Shown piece after piece: positions 22,391 to 33,011 of a stretch of 50,166 nucleotides of DNA (position 1 is its first letter; the number at the start of each line of letters is the position of its first letter). The stretch comes from Octopus bimaculoides. Its lineage: Eukaryota. The position numbers were made by a program, and so were the translations under genes. A model generated the notes under the pieces. The model was not told where the DNA came from, ran no database searches, and worked only from the letters and a program-made list of their open reading frames with translations. The stretch is from assembly GCF_001194135.2 (NCBI RefSeq), contig NC_068981.1:182782686-182832851 (forward strand), given 5' to 3'.

Positions 22391-22858
22391 GTTATATATA
22401 TATTTGAATAAAACAAGTTTTATTTTTTAACGTAGGTGGTAAATATTTTTATTATACATCTATATATTTGAAAATAGAGATACAAAATTTTGTTTTCACA
22501 TAACAAATCTTTTCATATAACAGTTTCACTCTAAAAGTATTAGTGTGTTTTCACAAGATGAGTTTTACATACACAAAAAAAAAAAANNNNNNNNNNAGAA
22601 AAAAAAAAAAAAGAGAGAGAGAATTATATTTGACTGAAAAGTTTTCGTATAAAAAAAATGTTTTTCCTACAGCTTAATGTTAAACTGTTTTCATATAAAC
22701 TTCACATAAAAACTGACATTTATATATTATAACGTAAACATCACATAAACACACACACACATTTATACATATGTTTGTTTTTATGTGAAGTTATATATAA
22801 AAACATTTAAAATTAAACTGAAGGATTACTGAATACTTTTCAGAAGTATATTTATGTA

Positions 22859-24210
22859 TTGGGTTCGCAACTAAGTTACCGCCGTTTTTTAAAATTTAAA
22901 TTTTTTAAAAGGTTTGATAAAAAATAACAACTAATTAATCAATAATGTATTCACCGTTGTTGTTTACGACTTCTTCCCAACGTTCAACAAAATTTTCAAT
23001 ACCTCGTTGGTAGAAATCACCCGATTTCGACTCGAAAGATTGATCCAACCAAGCTCTCAATCCTGCATCAGTATTGAACAAAACTCCGCGCATAGCATTT
23101 GAAAGAGATCGAAAGAGGTGGAAATCCGTTGGTGCCAAATCAGGAGAGTACGGCAGGTGTGGCAGCACTTCTCAGCCATGCGTTTGAATGGCTTCCTTGG
23201 TCATATTGGCGATATGNNNNNNNNNNNNNNNNNNNNNNNNNNNNNNNNNNNNNNNNNNNNNNNNNNNNNNNNNNNNNNNNNNNNNNNNNNNNNNNNNNNN
23301 NNNNNNNNNNNNNNNNNNNNNNNNNNNNNNNNNNNNNNNNNNNNNNNNNNNNNNNNNNNNNNNNNNNNNNNNNNNNNNNNNNNNNNNNNNNNNNNNNNNN
23401 NNNNNNNNNNNNNNNNNNNNNNNNNNNNNNNNNNNNNNNNNNNNNNNNNNNNNNNNNNNNNNNNNNNNNNNNNNNNNNNNNNNNNNNNNNNNNNNNNNNN
23501 NNNNNNNNNNNNNNNNNNNNNNNNNNNNNNNNNNNNNNNNNNNNNNNNNNNNNNNNNNNNNNNNNNNNNNNNNNNNNNNNNNNNNNNNNNNNNNNNNNNN
23601 NNNNNNNNNNNNNNNNNNNNNNNNNNNNNNNNNNNNNNNNNNNNNNNNNNNNNNNNNNNNNNNNNNNNNNNNNNNNNNNNNNNNNNNNNNNNNNNNNNNN
23701 NNNNNNNNNNNNNNNNNNNNNNNNNNNNNNNNNNNNNNNNNNNNNNNNNNNNNNNNNNNTTGTTTGACGAGAATTTTCGTGCAAAAGTTGATTTAATCGC
23801 TCCTCATCGAACTCAACTGGATGGCCAGAACGAGGTGCGTCTTTGAGGTCAAAATTTCCATTTTTGAACTTGGCATACCAACCACGAGCGGTTCTTTCAG
23901 CTATGGCACCCTCTCCATACACAGCACAAATGTCGCGAGCAGCTTTTGCGGCCTTAGAACCTTCATTAAAAGCAAAAGGAAGGAGGTGTCGAAAATGCTC
24001 GTTTTTCTTAACTTGACATTCCATTTTAATGATCTGAAAATAAACAAAAATTAACTAATATTAACTAGAAAAAAAAAGCAAAAAAAAAAACAAAATAGAT
24101 TCCAAAATGATTCAAAAATAGAATTCTCGAAAAAGCTAGATTCCAAAATTTAAAAACGCAATAAATTCCAAAATAAAAAAAAAACCGCGGGAACTTAGTT
24201 ACCAACCCAA
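22859..24210 (-). mobile_element. Mariner transposon, probably mellifera subfamily, inactive
   Basis: TIRs ttgggttcgcaactaagttaccgccgtttt (22859-22888) and 24181-24210 match at 26/30; TA flanks at 22857-58 and 24211-12; transposase ORF inside; centre hidden by a 543-N gap. Confidence 0.95.
22935..24024 (-). pseudogene. Mariner DD34D transposase with premature stop
   Basis: N-term MECQVKKNEHFRHLL...WYAKFKNGNFDLKDAPRSGHP; C-term HIANMTKEAIQTHG*EVLPHLPYSPDLAPTDFHLFRSL...YIID; TGA replaces Trp at 23172-23174. Confidence 0.93.
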
Positions 24211-25299
24211 TACATCAGTCTAAATACGGCAAACAGGCTAAAATTTCGAAGTCACTGTCAAGCATTTCTTTGTGTGTGTGTGTGTGTGTGTGTGTGTTTA
24301 GTAGGCTTGTCATACGACCCTAAAACGCCAGGCTCGTAAATTCTGTTCTAAGTGCTTGACGAGTTAGTTTCGATTGCCAGCCGACAAAACCTTAAGTTGC
24401 ATGGAGCCGAATAAAACTGTTATCAAATAATATAACAGAACTATATGTATTCAGTGCCACTTTCGTTTGCTCACTCGTATATATAAGTTTATATATATAT
24501 ATATATATATGTATGTATCTGTTTCTGTGTGTGTGAGTATGTAGTGTGTGAGTATGTAGCGTGTGCGTGTGCGTCTCGACGCACGCATATATACACACAG
24601 TGTTGAGTGCTTGCATGTAAACGCAACATGTTTAATTTACGAGAAATAATAAAAGAACAGAAATACTATATTATCGGTTAATAACACAATAACAGTAGAT
24701 TAAGGCTGGAAAGTTAAGAGAGATGATAGCAATACTTATAGCCATCAATCTATGTTTACACAGAAGTGTATTTAAAACACACGTGCCTGGAATATATAGT
24801 CCCAGATTAAAATTATTGATTTATCTGCTAGTTTATTAAAGGTAAACGAAGAACTTTTGGGAAGTTTTTAGTTAAATTCTAAGCTGTTAATGTTGTTGTT
24901 TTATAGTTGTTGGTGTTGTTGTTGTTGTTGGGGGTGGTGGTGGCATTGGCGTTGTTTCAGTCGTGACCACCCTGTCTGTTATGGTAGGTTAGTTGTGTAG
25001 CTAGTGCAACATCACTGAACGACTTCTCTTGTTTGAAAGATAGTTGGGTGCATTTTGAGGAAGATTACGTTGTTATTTGTAGCAGCGCAAATGACCACGT
25101 ACAAACCATTTCATTTTATTGATTGCTTTCATTTTCAGTGTCTTATAAAATTTATACTCTTCTTTCATTCCATGAAATCTCACTGGTTTAATATAAACAC
25201 CAGGACTGAGGATAGGAACATACTTAATAAGTAAAATAACACAAATGAAAAGAAAGGAGATATAGGACGGACAGTTGGATAGCGTGAGAAGATACAACA

Positions 25300-25470
25300 A
25301 ACAGACAAAAATTCGAAAAGCGACGGACAAAATGTAAACCCTCAAAAAGAAAATTAACAATAAAAGTTGCACACGGTGAAAAAGAAAAAGGAATAGGAAA
25401 ATAACTGACATTTCGGGTGGACCCTTTATGAAAGTAGAGTAAAAAGCAAAATAAAAGAAAGAAAAGGAAC
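25300..25470 (-). mobile_element. Possible Penelope-like terminal remnant with decayed hammerhead
   Basis: Minus strand ...ataaagggtccacccGAAAtGTCagt: stem II gggt/accc, degenerate core. Confidence 0.4.
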
Positions 25471-26060
25471 GATACCTGCTTAAAGCACCCTTATATCTTT
25501 CGGCTACATGTTGTAGAATGTCATACATCTCACTGCCTAAAAATACATAACAAGCAAATCCAGGGACCCACTTATCGGTTTTACCTAGTCGAAAATAACA
25601 GGGATTTCTTATACAGACACTGAATAGCAAATTCAGTCGACTGAATCGTAAACTCACTAGGAAAATAGTCTTGTTTTGTGTCCTGAGTTCCTGGTGAAAC
25701 TGTAAGAGAACCGTCTTGACATACGGTGTGTTTTGAGCATTAAATATATTTTCGCTAAATATTCCACCACAATTTCTTCGGGGAGAAAGACAAATCTGAA
25801 GAAAGGCAAATGTAATCTTGGCAGGATTTGAATTGAATGTGCACAGAGCCAGAAAGTATACCGCAAAGCATTGTACCCGACACTTTTACAAACTCTACTG
25901 ATTCGCTAACTTTAATAACTAGCAGAAAGACTGTCCTGAGGGCGACCTTTCTACTAGTTGCTTACTGATATTTACACATTTGATTCCGAATTTGTGCAAT
26001 TGTTTTCTGGTATGCTACGTTTAATTTCTCTGTATCCTTTATTCTTCTTAAAGCACTCAC

Positions 26061-26065
<5 letters not shown>

Positions 26066-26095
<30 letters not shown>

Positions 26096-26714
26096 TTAAC
26101 GTCTGTTATCCATGTTGGCATGGGTTGGACGGTTTGACCAGGGCTGGTAAGCTGGAAGGCTGCACCAGACTCCAGTTTGATTTGGCATGGTTTTCTACGG
26201 CTGGATGCCCTTCCTAACGCCAACCACCCTGAGAGTGTAATGGGTGCTTTTACGTGTCACCGGCACGGGTGCCACTTGTGTGACACCAGTATCTGCTATG
26301 ACTGCAATTTTGCTCAGCTTGATTGGTCTTCTTCTCAAGCAGGACATAATGCCAAAGATCTCGGTCATTACCTCTGTGAGGCCCAACACTCGAAAGATGC
26401 TCTTTACGTGCCACCGGCACGGGTGCCAGTTACGTGACACCAGCACGGGTGCCAGTTACGTGAGACCAGCATCAGCCATTACTACGATTTCACTTGGCTT
26501 GACGGGTTTTCTCAAGCACGGCATAATCGCCAAAGGTCTTGGTTACCAGTCATTGCCTCTATGAGGCCCAAAGTGAAGATCATGCTTCACCACTTCGTCC
26601 CGTGTTTCCCCGGGTCTGCCTCTAACACAAATTCCCTCCACAGTTAGAGATCGGCGCTTCTTTACACAGCTGTACTCGCCCATACGTATCATATGACCAT
26701 ATCAGTGCAGTCGT
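26066..26714 (-). mobile_element. RTE-clade LINE 3' end with (GAT)n tail and tandem duplication
   Basis: Minus translation LH*YGHMIRMGEYSCVKKRRSLTVEGICVRGRPGETRDEVVKHDL (RTE WxGHVxRM...GRP..W C-terminus); 3' UTR motif ggctggatgcccttcctaacgccaacc; (CAT)n at about 26066-26095. Confidence 0.88.
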
Positions 26715-26721
26715 CTCTTGG

Positions 26722-26915
26722 AAGAATTTGAACTTAGAACGTAAAGAGCCAGAAGTAATTCTGCTAAGTATTTTGTCTGACGCGCTAATGTTTCTGCTAG
26801 CGTAATAATTATTTCCAGCTAGAGCAGAACGCCTGAAATTTGTGTGAGAAGGGTTAGGCAAATGAATTGATCCTAGGAGTTGATTAGTATTTTATTTTAA
26901 TGATCCCCAAAGATG
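26722..26915 (-). mobile_element. Family B SINE fragments
   Basis: gaatttgaacttagaacgtaaagagcc...gcctgaaatttgtgtgagaagg. Confidence 0.6.
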
Positions 26916-27059
26916 TATAATACTATAGGCTACTGTTGTGAGTTCTCATTTTACGTGATTTGAACACGTTACCTTCGACAGTGAATTCTCTTAAGTGTTG
27001 TACTATTAGGAAAAAAAAAAAGACTCAAAAGGGTTATTGTATTTTACCGGTTACATGAC

Positions 27060-28473
27060 TAAACACAGCTAAACACATTTCGCGCAAATTGCTTTTCGCA
27101 CACGAATACAGAAGGCTGCCTGAAGGTCATCTGGTATGAATACAAATTAGTAACGGTGAATATTCTAAGTAGAGAGGGATACGGTGTCCCCTCCCCAAGA
27201 GATAATAAATAATACAAAAGAAAGAACAATAATCTATAGAACATATTCAACAGAAGCAGGGAAAATATAAATTATGGCAACGACGCAAATTGAAAGAGCA
27301 TTAAGACCAATCTTGCAAAAAATTAAATATCTTGCTAGAGGAACAAAATATGGAACAATAGAAGAGGTTACATTCGGCAACCCCGTTGAAAAATGAAGAA
27401 ATGGTACTTCTACCCACATACCTTGGGAGGCGTGCTTCCAGGGTAAAGGTAGAAGGCATACCACCGGAAATTGATGTGGCCTGGATAGCAGCCACCGTAC
27501 TCGGAAACGAGGAAAAAATAACGGTTCTCCAGATCACAAAAACAGAATACAAAAATTGGAAAGGACACACTCTGAATATGATTATGCAGTGGTCGCCAGA
27601 AAACATTAAAAATTTGACTGAAACTGTCGCGATAGAAAATGTGATAATAAGGGTCAAGGTGGAGGGCAGGACCCTGCGATGTTACAAGTGTGGCCTAAAA
27701 GGCCACATTAGAGCGGACTGCCCTTCGCCGCTCAAAAAGCCCTAGAAAAGACCTCAGGAAGGACCAGTGAGAAAGGAGGAGGTCATGCCACCAGCAACAA
27801 CAGAAGAAAAGGAAGATAAGGAAAAGAACAACGAATGGGAAATGGCTGGGAGAAGGAAAAGAAAAAAGTCATGTCACGTGGGTATAGAACCCCACCCCCA
27901 CCCTCTTTGCCCCATTCTTCCCCTCTAACAGACACCAAACTTCCCCACTCGCCTCCGACACAAAGAAGAGCAAACACACAAAAAAACCCCCAAAATACCC
28001 CCTCCTGCCGAGGAAAAAAGTAATTATGTAGTGATGTATGACAAATCAAATGAGGAACTCGTCGAAGAATTGAACACTTGGGAAGACGTAGTTGCAGTGG
28101 GTTCAAAAGCGTATACCAATGTACAAGGGTGGGATAGAAATTCTTGATGGTGACCCAGGAGCAATTAGAAAAAGTAATGGAATACGATCATGGATATAAG
28201 TACTGGAAAATAAAGATGGACATAAGTCAGCTACCATACTATGTAGACTACATGGACCTTCTAACGGAATACAAAACTGACATTTTATCTGGAACTCAGA
28301 TCAAAGTGAGGTATAAATGAAGCCGCTCGGAGGTAGGGCCGAAAAGCTTCATTACATTTTTCATTTTCCACCTCATTTTGCTGTCATACATTTTTCTTTT
28401 TTTTCTTTGTTGCTTGCCCCACATGTCTTGTATTGTCCCCTCTGTGTGGCCCCTTGTGGGTAATAAAAACCAG
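27060..28473 (+). mobile_element. ORF1-only (gag-like, zinc-knuckle) non-LTR element, copy A
   Basis: Homologous along its length to 28590-30089; decayed ORF with CYKCGLKGHIRADC (27680-27721); pyrimidine-rich 3' UTR ending ccccttgtgggtaataaa; no APE or RT motifs seen. 5' boundary uncertain. Confidence 0.75.
27170..28320 (+). pseudogene. Decayed CCHC zinc-knuckle ORF1/gag-like protein (copy A)
   Basis: PQEIINNTKERTIIYRTYSTE...MATTQIERALRP...VKVEGIPPEIDVAW...RVKVEGRTLRCYKCGLKGHIRADCP, then a Lys/Pro-rich region and a C-terminal domain; several frameshifts and stops. Confidence 0.8.
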
Positions 28474-28589
28474 AGTTTGTTTCGAGTCCATCGTTATAGG
28501 ATTCGTTTACTTATGCACAGCATTGACGTACGTGAGTGTTATCGTTTATTGTTAAAATATTTTATTGTTAAAATTGTTACGGCAGTATG

Positions 28590-30089
28590 TTGACGCTTTT
28601 CTCCTTCGAAGAAGGGGGTTAGCCCAAGTATTAATGATGGAATACGAAAACCTCACCTTCTCGGAGCTAACGTCTTCTGAAGAGGAGCAGTTCAAGTCTG
28701 TCGAAATAATGGACGAGCAGTTGAAGAAAAGGAATTTTGCAGCTGTCGTCAAGAGCCACAACAGTGAGTCGAACTGGCGGAGCTGAGTAAATATAAAAAC
28801 ATGCTGTGTAGGGAGGGGTGCGAAGTAAAGGTGTTCCTTCCCCAAGAAATTATGAAAGATACCAACGAGAATATATAGAACATACTCCACGGAAACAAAG
28901 AAAATTGAAATAATGCCAACCACACAAGTAGAAGAAGCCTTGAAACCAATCTGGCAAGGAATTTCGTACCTTGCCAGAGGAAAGAAGTACGGAACAGTGG
29001 AGGTGCGTTTCCGAGAGAAAGCTACTGCCAGGCTACACTCGGCAACCCCTTTAAAAACAGAAGTGGTACTTCTACCCATATACCCTGGGAGACATGCTTC
29101 CATAGATTGACGTAGCCTGGCTAGTAGCTGCCATACTGCTAGGAAATGAAGATAAGATAGTGATCCTCCAGGCCACAAGAAGAGCTCATAAGAATTGGCA
29201 AGAACAGTCCCTGGATATGATTATCCAAGTGTCCCCGGAATACAACGAAACTATCGCTATAGTAGACTTGATAATTAGGGTTAGGGTGGAGGGCAGGACC
29301 CGGGTTGCTACAAGTGTGGCCCAAAAGGCCACATTAGAGCGGACTGTCCTCCGTCGCCCCAAAAGCCCCAAGAAAAACTCGTGAGCAGGGAGGAAGTCGC
29401 ACCACCAGCACCAACAAAAGGAAACTCAAGTACTTTGGAAGAAGCAAACAAAGAAGGGATTGAGTGGGAAACGGTCGGAAAAAGAAAAAGGAGGAAAAAT
29501 GTACATCCTGTGAATGTAAACCCCCCATCAACACCCACTTTGCTCCATCCTCCCCCTACAGACGCCAAACCTCCCCACTCCACTCCGACACAAAGAAAAA
29601 CGCAAACACACAGGAGCCCCAAAACTTCCCCTCCCCCGGCCTGTGATAAAAGAAAATAGTAGTAATATATGACGATTCCAAAGTAGAACTCTGCAAAGAG
29701 ATAGATACTTGGGAAGACCTAATAACAGTGAATACGGCAACTTATACTGGGATACCATGGCGCTATAATTGTGTGTTGGCAACCCAGGATCAAATGTGTA
29801 AAATAGCCAATTACAATGAAGACTTTGAATATTGGGAGAAAACAATTGACACCAACTATCTTGATCTCCGAGAGAATTACAAAATTGACATTCTACAGCC
29901 AAACAGTGCTGGATCGAATTAAGGTCGTGTAAACAAAATAAATGAAGTCGCTCGGAGGTGGGGCCGAAAAGCTTCATTACATCTTTTCATTTTCAATTTC
30001 ATCTCATTTTTCTTTCATTCGTTTTTTGTCCCCACATGTTTTGTGTTGTCTCCTCTATATTTACCCCGTGTGGGAATAAAGAATTAGAG
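28590..30089 (+). mobile_element. ORF1-only (gag-like, zinc-knuckle) non-LTR element, copy B
   Basis: Same architecture as copy A; 3' end ttaccccgtgtgggaataaagaa. Confidence 0.75.
28634..29922 (+). pseudogene. Decayed CCHC zinc-knuckle ORF1/gag-like protein (copy B)
   Basis: MMEYENLTFSE...KKRNFAAVVK...MPTTQVEEALKP...GTVEVRFREKATARLHSATPL...CYKCGPKGHIRADC (29306-29347)...WETVGKRKRRK; frameshifted. Confidence 0.8.
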
Positions 30090-31312
30090 TATTTTTCGAG
30101 TCAGCTTATACCTTTACTCTTTCTCAAGCACACCTTAGATTCTAATATCTTACATACTCTCATTGTCGTTATGAACTATACAAGTAGAGCATTTGTAGTG
30201 TATTTTCTTGTTCAAAAATTCTGTCATGTTCTAAATAACAAAGATGAACTGTTCAAGCATTGTTTTGAACTATTAATACCTTCTACATCTATTGAACTTC
30301 GAATGCTATTTTAAATACTTGTTATCGCTTGTTGAAAATGTATGTACAAAACGAAATTTCGTAATAAAAAAAAATGGAACTTCAATCCCCTACATCACCT
30401 AATACAGTGACCTGGCTGTTGTTTCTAGCACCGAGTTTTCTCTCTAATCTTCATAAAAGAATAACCTCACAGTTTCACTAAAGTTGATGACTCCCTATTT
30501 TAAGAACACGATACACTTTTTGAGACAACTCAATGGAGGGGATATAGCGTTGTAATATACTCTTATCCTATATGTCAAATAAACGCCCAGAAGAATTTTT
30601 GAGACATCAAGAACAATATCGTTAAATTGACCGTCCATTCATTGTGAAAGAAACCATTTTCTCAGCATGTCACAATTGAAGATGCGTTTGCTTTCTGGAT
30701 TCAAGAAGCGCAAGATTTATAGATTTCTCTTTCTATAAAACCCATAGATCTTTCATATTATCCCTGTGTTGTAGGACGAAGTTCTCAAAGGCATTTAGTC
30801 TCCATATTGCCTTCACTTCCTCAAAGAAAGAAGATACCGAATGCTTCACGTCGAAAAATGCCTAATTTATCCCATAGCCGAAAAATTGCTTGGGTCAATA
30901 AATTACCAACAAGAACATGTCTGCTTCTCTCTTTAAATTTGATCGGAAAAAAGCACATGTCAGCCTCTCACCGAGAGAACAAATTTTCTGATTGAGCTTT
31001 ACCGTGTTTTCCCGATCATTGCCGCTTCGCAAGCAACCATAGCAGATTGCAGAACAGTCTGAGTCAATTACAACCAAGTACGTATCTGCCTTAACTTTGT
31101 TTGATGATGGGACCATGAAAAGTTTAGAATTTTCTTCATTTCGACTCTTAAACGGGCCGAAAAAAGGTAAACAACAAATTTTACCCACCTCATCTAATGC
31201 CAACGCGAGTTTCCGGGTTTGTCAACTGACAGCTTCCATTCAGTACTGAATAACTCTTAACTTCAACTCACTCAATTCTCTATCTCTTAGAGCACAATTT
31301 ATCATCAATACA

Positions 31313-31665
31313 AGCGCAAGTGTGGCAGTGTGGTAAAAAGCATGCTTCCCAACTACATGGATCCAGGTTCAGTCCCACCGCATGGCATTTGGACAAGTGT
31401 CTTCTACTATAGTCTTGGACCAACCAAAGCCTTAAGTGGATTTGGCAAGCAGAAACTGAAAGAAGCTTGTTCTGTGTGTGTGTTCTTGTCCCCCACCCCA
31501 ACACTGCTTGACAACTGGTACTAGTTTGTTTACGTCATAACTTAGCAGTTCGGCAAAAAGACCGATAGAATAAGTACCAGGTTTTAAAAGTAGTGGGGTC
31601 GATTTGTTCGACTAACCTCTTGAAGGCGGTGCCCCATCAGCGGTGACTAATACAAGCAATAAAAA
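31313..31665 (+). mobile_element. SINE family A with very short internal TG run
   Basis: gtggcagtgtggtaaaaagc...ggttcagtccc...agtgtcttctactatag...cttagcagttcggcaaaa...gaaggcggtgcccca. Confidence 0.85.
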
Positions 31666-31989
31666 AGAATGTAAATATAACAAGAGCAACAGCCAAAACG
31701 ACCAGCTTCCATCCGTTACCAATCGTGAATCATTTGAGAAACTGACTTGGCACCCTTTAAACACCAGACCGTTCTGTGGGCCATAGTTCAGCATTTGGAA
31801 AGATCGACCACACTCACAATGAATATTTCGACAACTGACATGCGAACCTTATTAAATTTTTTCTCATCTTATCTGTTTTCATTCAAATAAGGTTTGGTAT
31901 TTCATCATTTCTGAAAGACTTTGCACATATATTTTATTTTCTCAATCGTAAATTTTATTGTTTCACACAATAAAAATAAAAGCTGTTTG

Positions 31990-32212
31990 AAGGTGACAAA
32001 CGAGCGGAATCGCTCGATCATCGGACGAATAGCATAGCGTATTTATTCTGGCTCTCTACGTTCTGAGTTCAAATTCCTCCAGAGACATTTTGCCTTTTAT
32101 CCCTTTGTGGTCAACGAAATAGTTACCGTCAAGTGCCAGGATCGATGTAATCGAACAATCCCTTGCCCTCAAAATTACAGGCCTAGTGCCTAAATTAGAA
32201 ACCACCATTAAA
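31990..32212 (+). mobile_element. Diverged SINE family B, tail type 2
   Basis: ctctacgttctgagttcaaattcc...tttgccttttatccc...caggcctagtgcctaaattagaaacc. Confidence 0.75.
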
Positions 32213-32424
32213 TTGTTCGAAAAGATTGGATAGAGACTATCATGAGGAAAGTTTGAATACGAGTATCATGGATGATATTCGGAAACTCTCAGGAGAGCGA
32301 TAAACTAGAAAGACAGCCTTTCGAAATGAAAACCAGTAGTACGAAGCACATTAACATATGTACATACTTTATGATTTCGCTTAGATTTAGCGATACTAAT
32401 AACTAGTTATTAGAACACAATATA

Positions 32425-32590
32425 CATATTCACCTTCATTAGCTTACAGTTGTTTGTACTATGAAAAGCAGAGAACTTATAGGTGAGTGTTTAACATCCT
32501 ATAACTTCCCCGGAGCCATTAAAAGGAAACATTCGGTTCTCAGTGCACTGATTTTTTAACAGCAGAAACAGCTGTGAGCTAGTGGTGATC
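32425..32590. mobile_element. Penelope-like remnant with two inverted decayed hammerhead ends
   Basis: tagcttacagttgtttg (32440-32456) is inverted relative to gaaacagctgtgagcta (32565-32581); both are related to 18217-18288. Confidence 0.5.
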
Positions 32591-33011
32591 ACGTAGCTCC
32601 TGCTTATTTTTTGTTTTTGTTTTATATATCTCCACCACCAACCATTCAGTTTACACACCCCAACGAAAGAGCTTTAACATTCGCAAACATTAGAAGAGAT
32701 TTCAAATTATTTTCAGACTACAGATAAGTAATACCACAGCTAAATTCCTTTTAATATTCAAACTTCCCTACCATATTCGTCATGAAGTCAGCTAGAACTA
32801 TTCACCGCCTTCGACAGTAACTTTCCCAACACTTAACTACAACATCCACTTGATAGACAATTCTTCAGATTTCCTCTGATTGACTACTAATTAATATCGC
32901 AAAACTCGCACGTCATCGAAAAAAAAAGAAGCAAATACACTTTTACAATCTTAAAATAAAAAAATAAATAGCTTCGAGAACAACTTTCAAGAATTTTCTG
33001 AACTCAGCAAC

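Noticed and set aside
25073-25657. 194-aa hydrophobic ORF on the minus strand
   Set aside because: F/L/I-rich composition reflects the antisense of A-rich DNA; no domain motifs; overlaps a probable Penelope-like remnant.
27060-30089. Interpreting the zinc-knuckle pair as LTR-retrotransposon gag or an intact host CCHC gene
   Set aside because: No LTRs, PBS/PPT, protease or pol are visible; both copies have frameshifts and stops; the 3' end is AATAAA-type and shared with a SINE. A pseudogenised tandem host gene family is not fully excluded.
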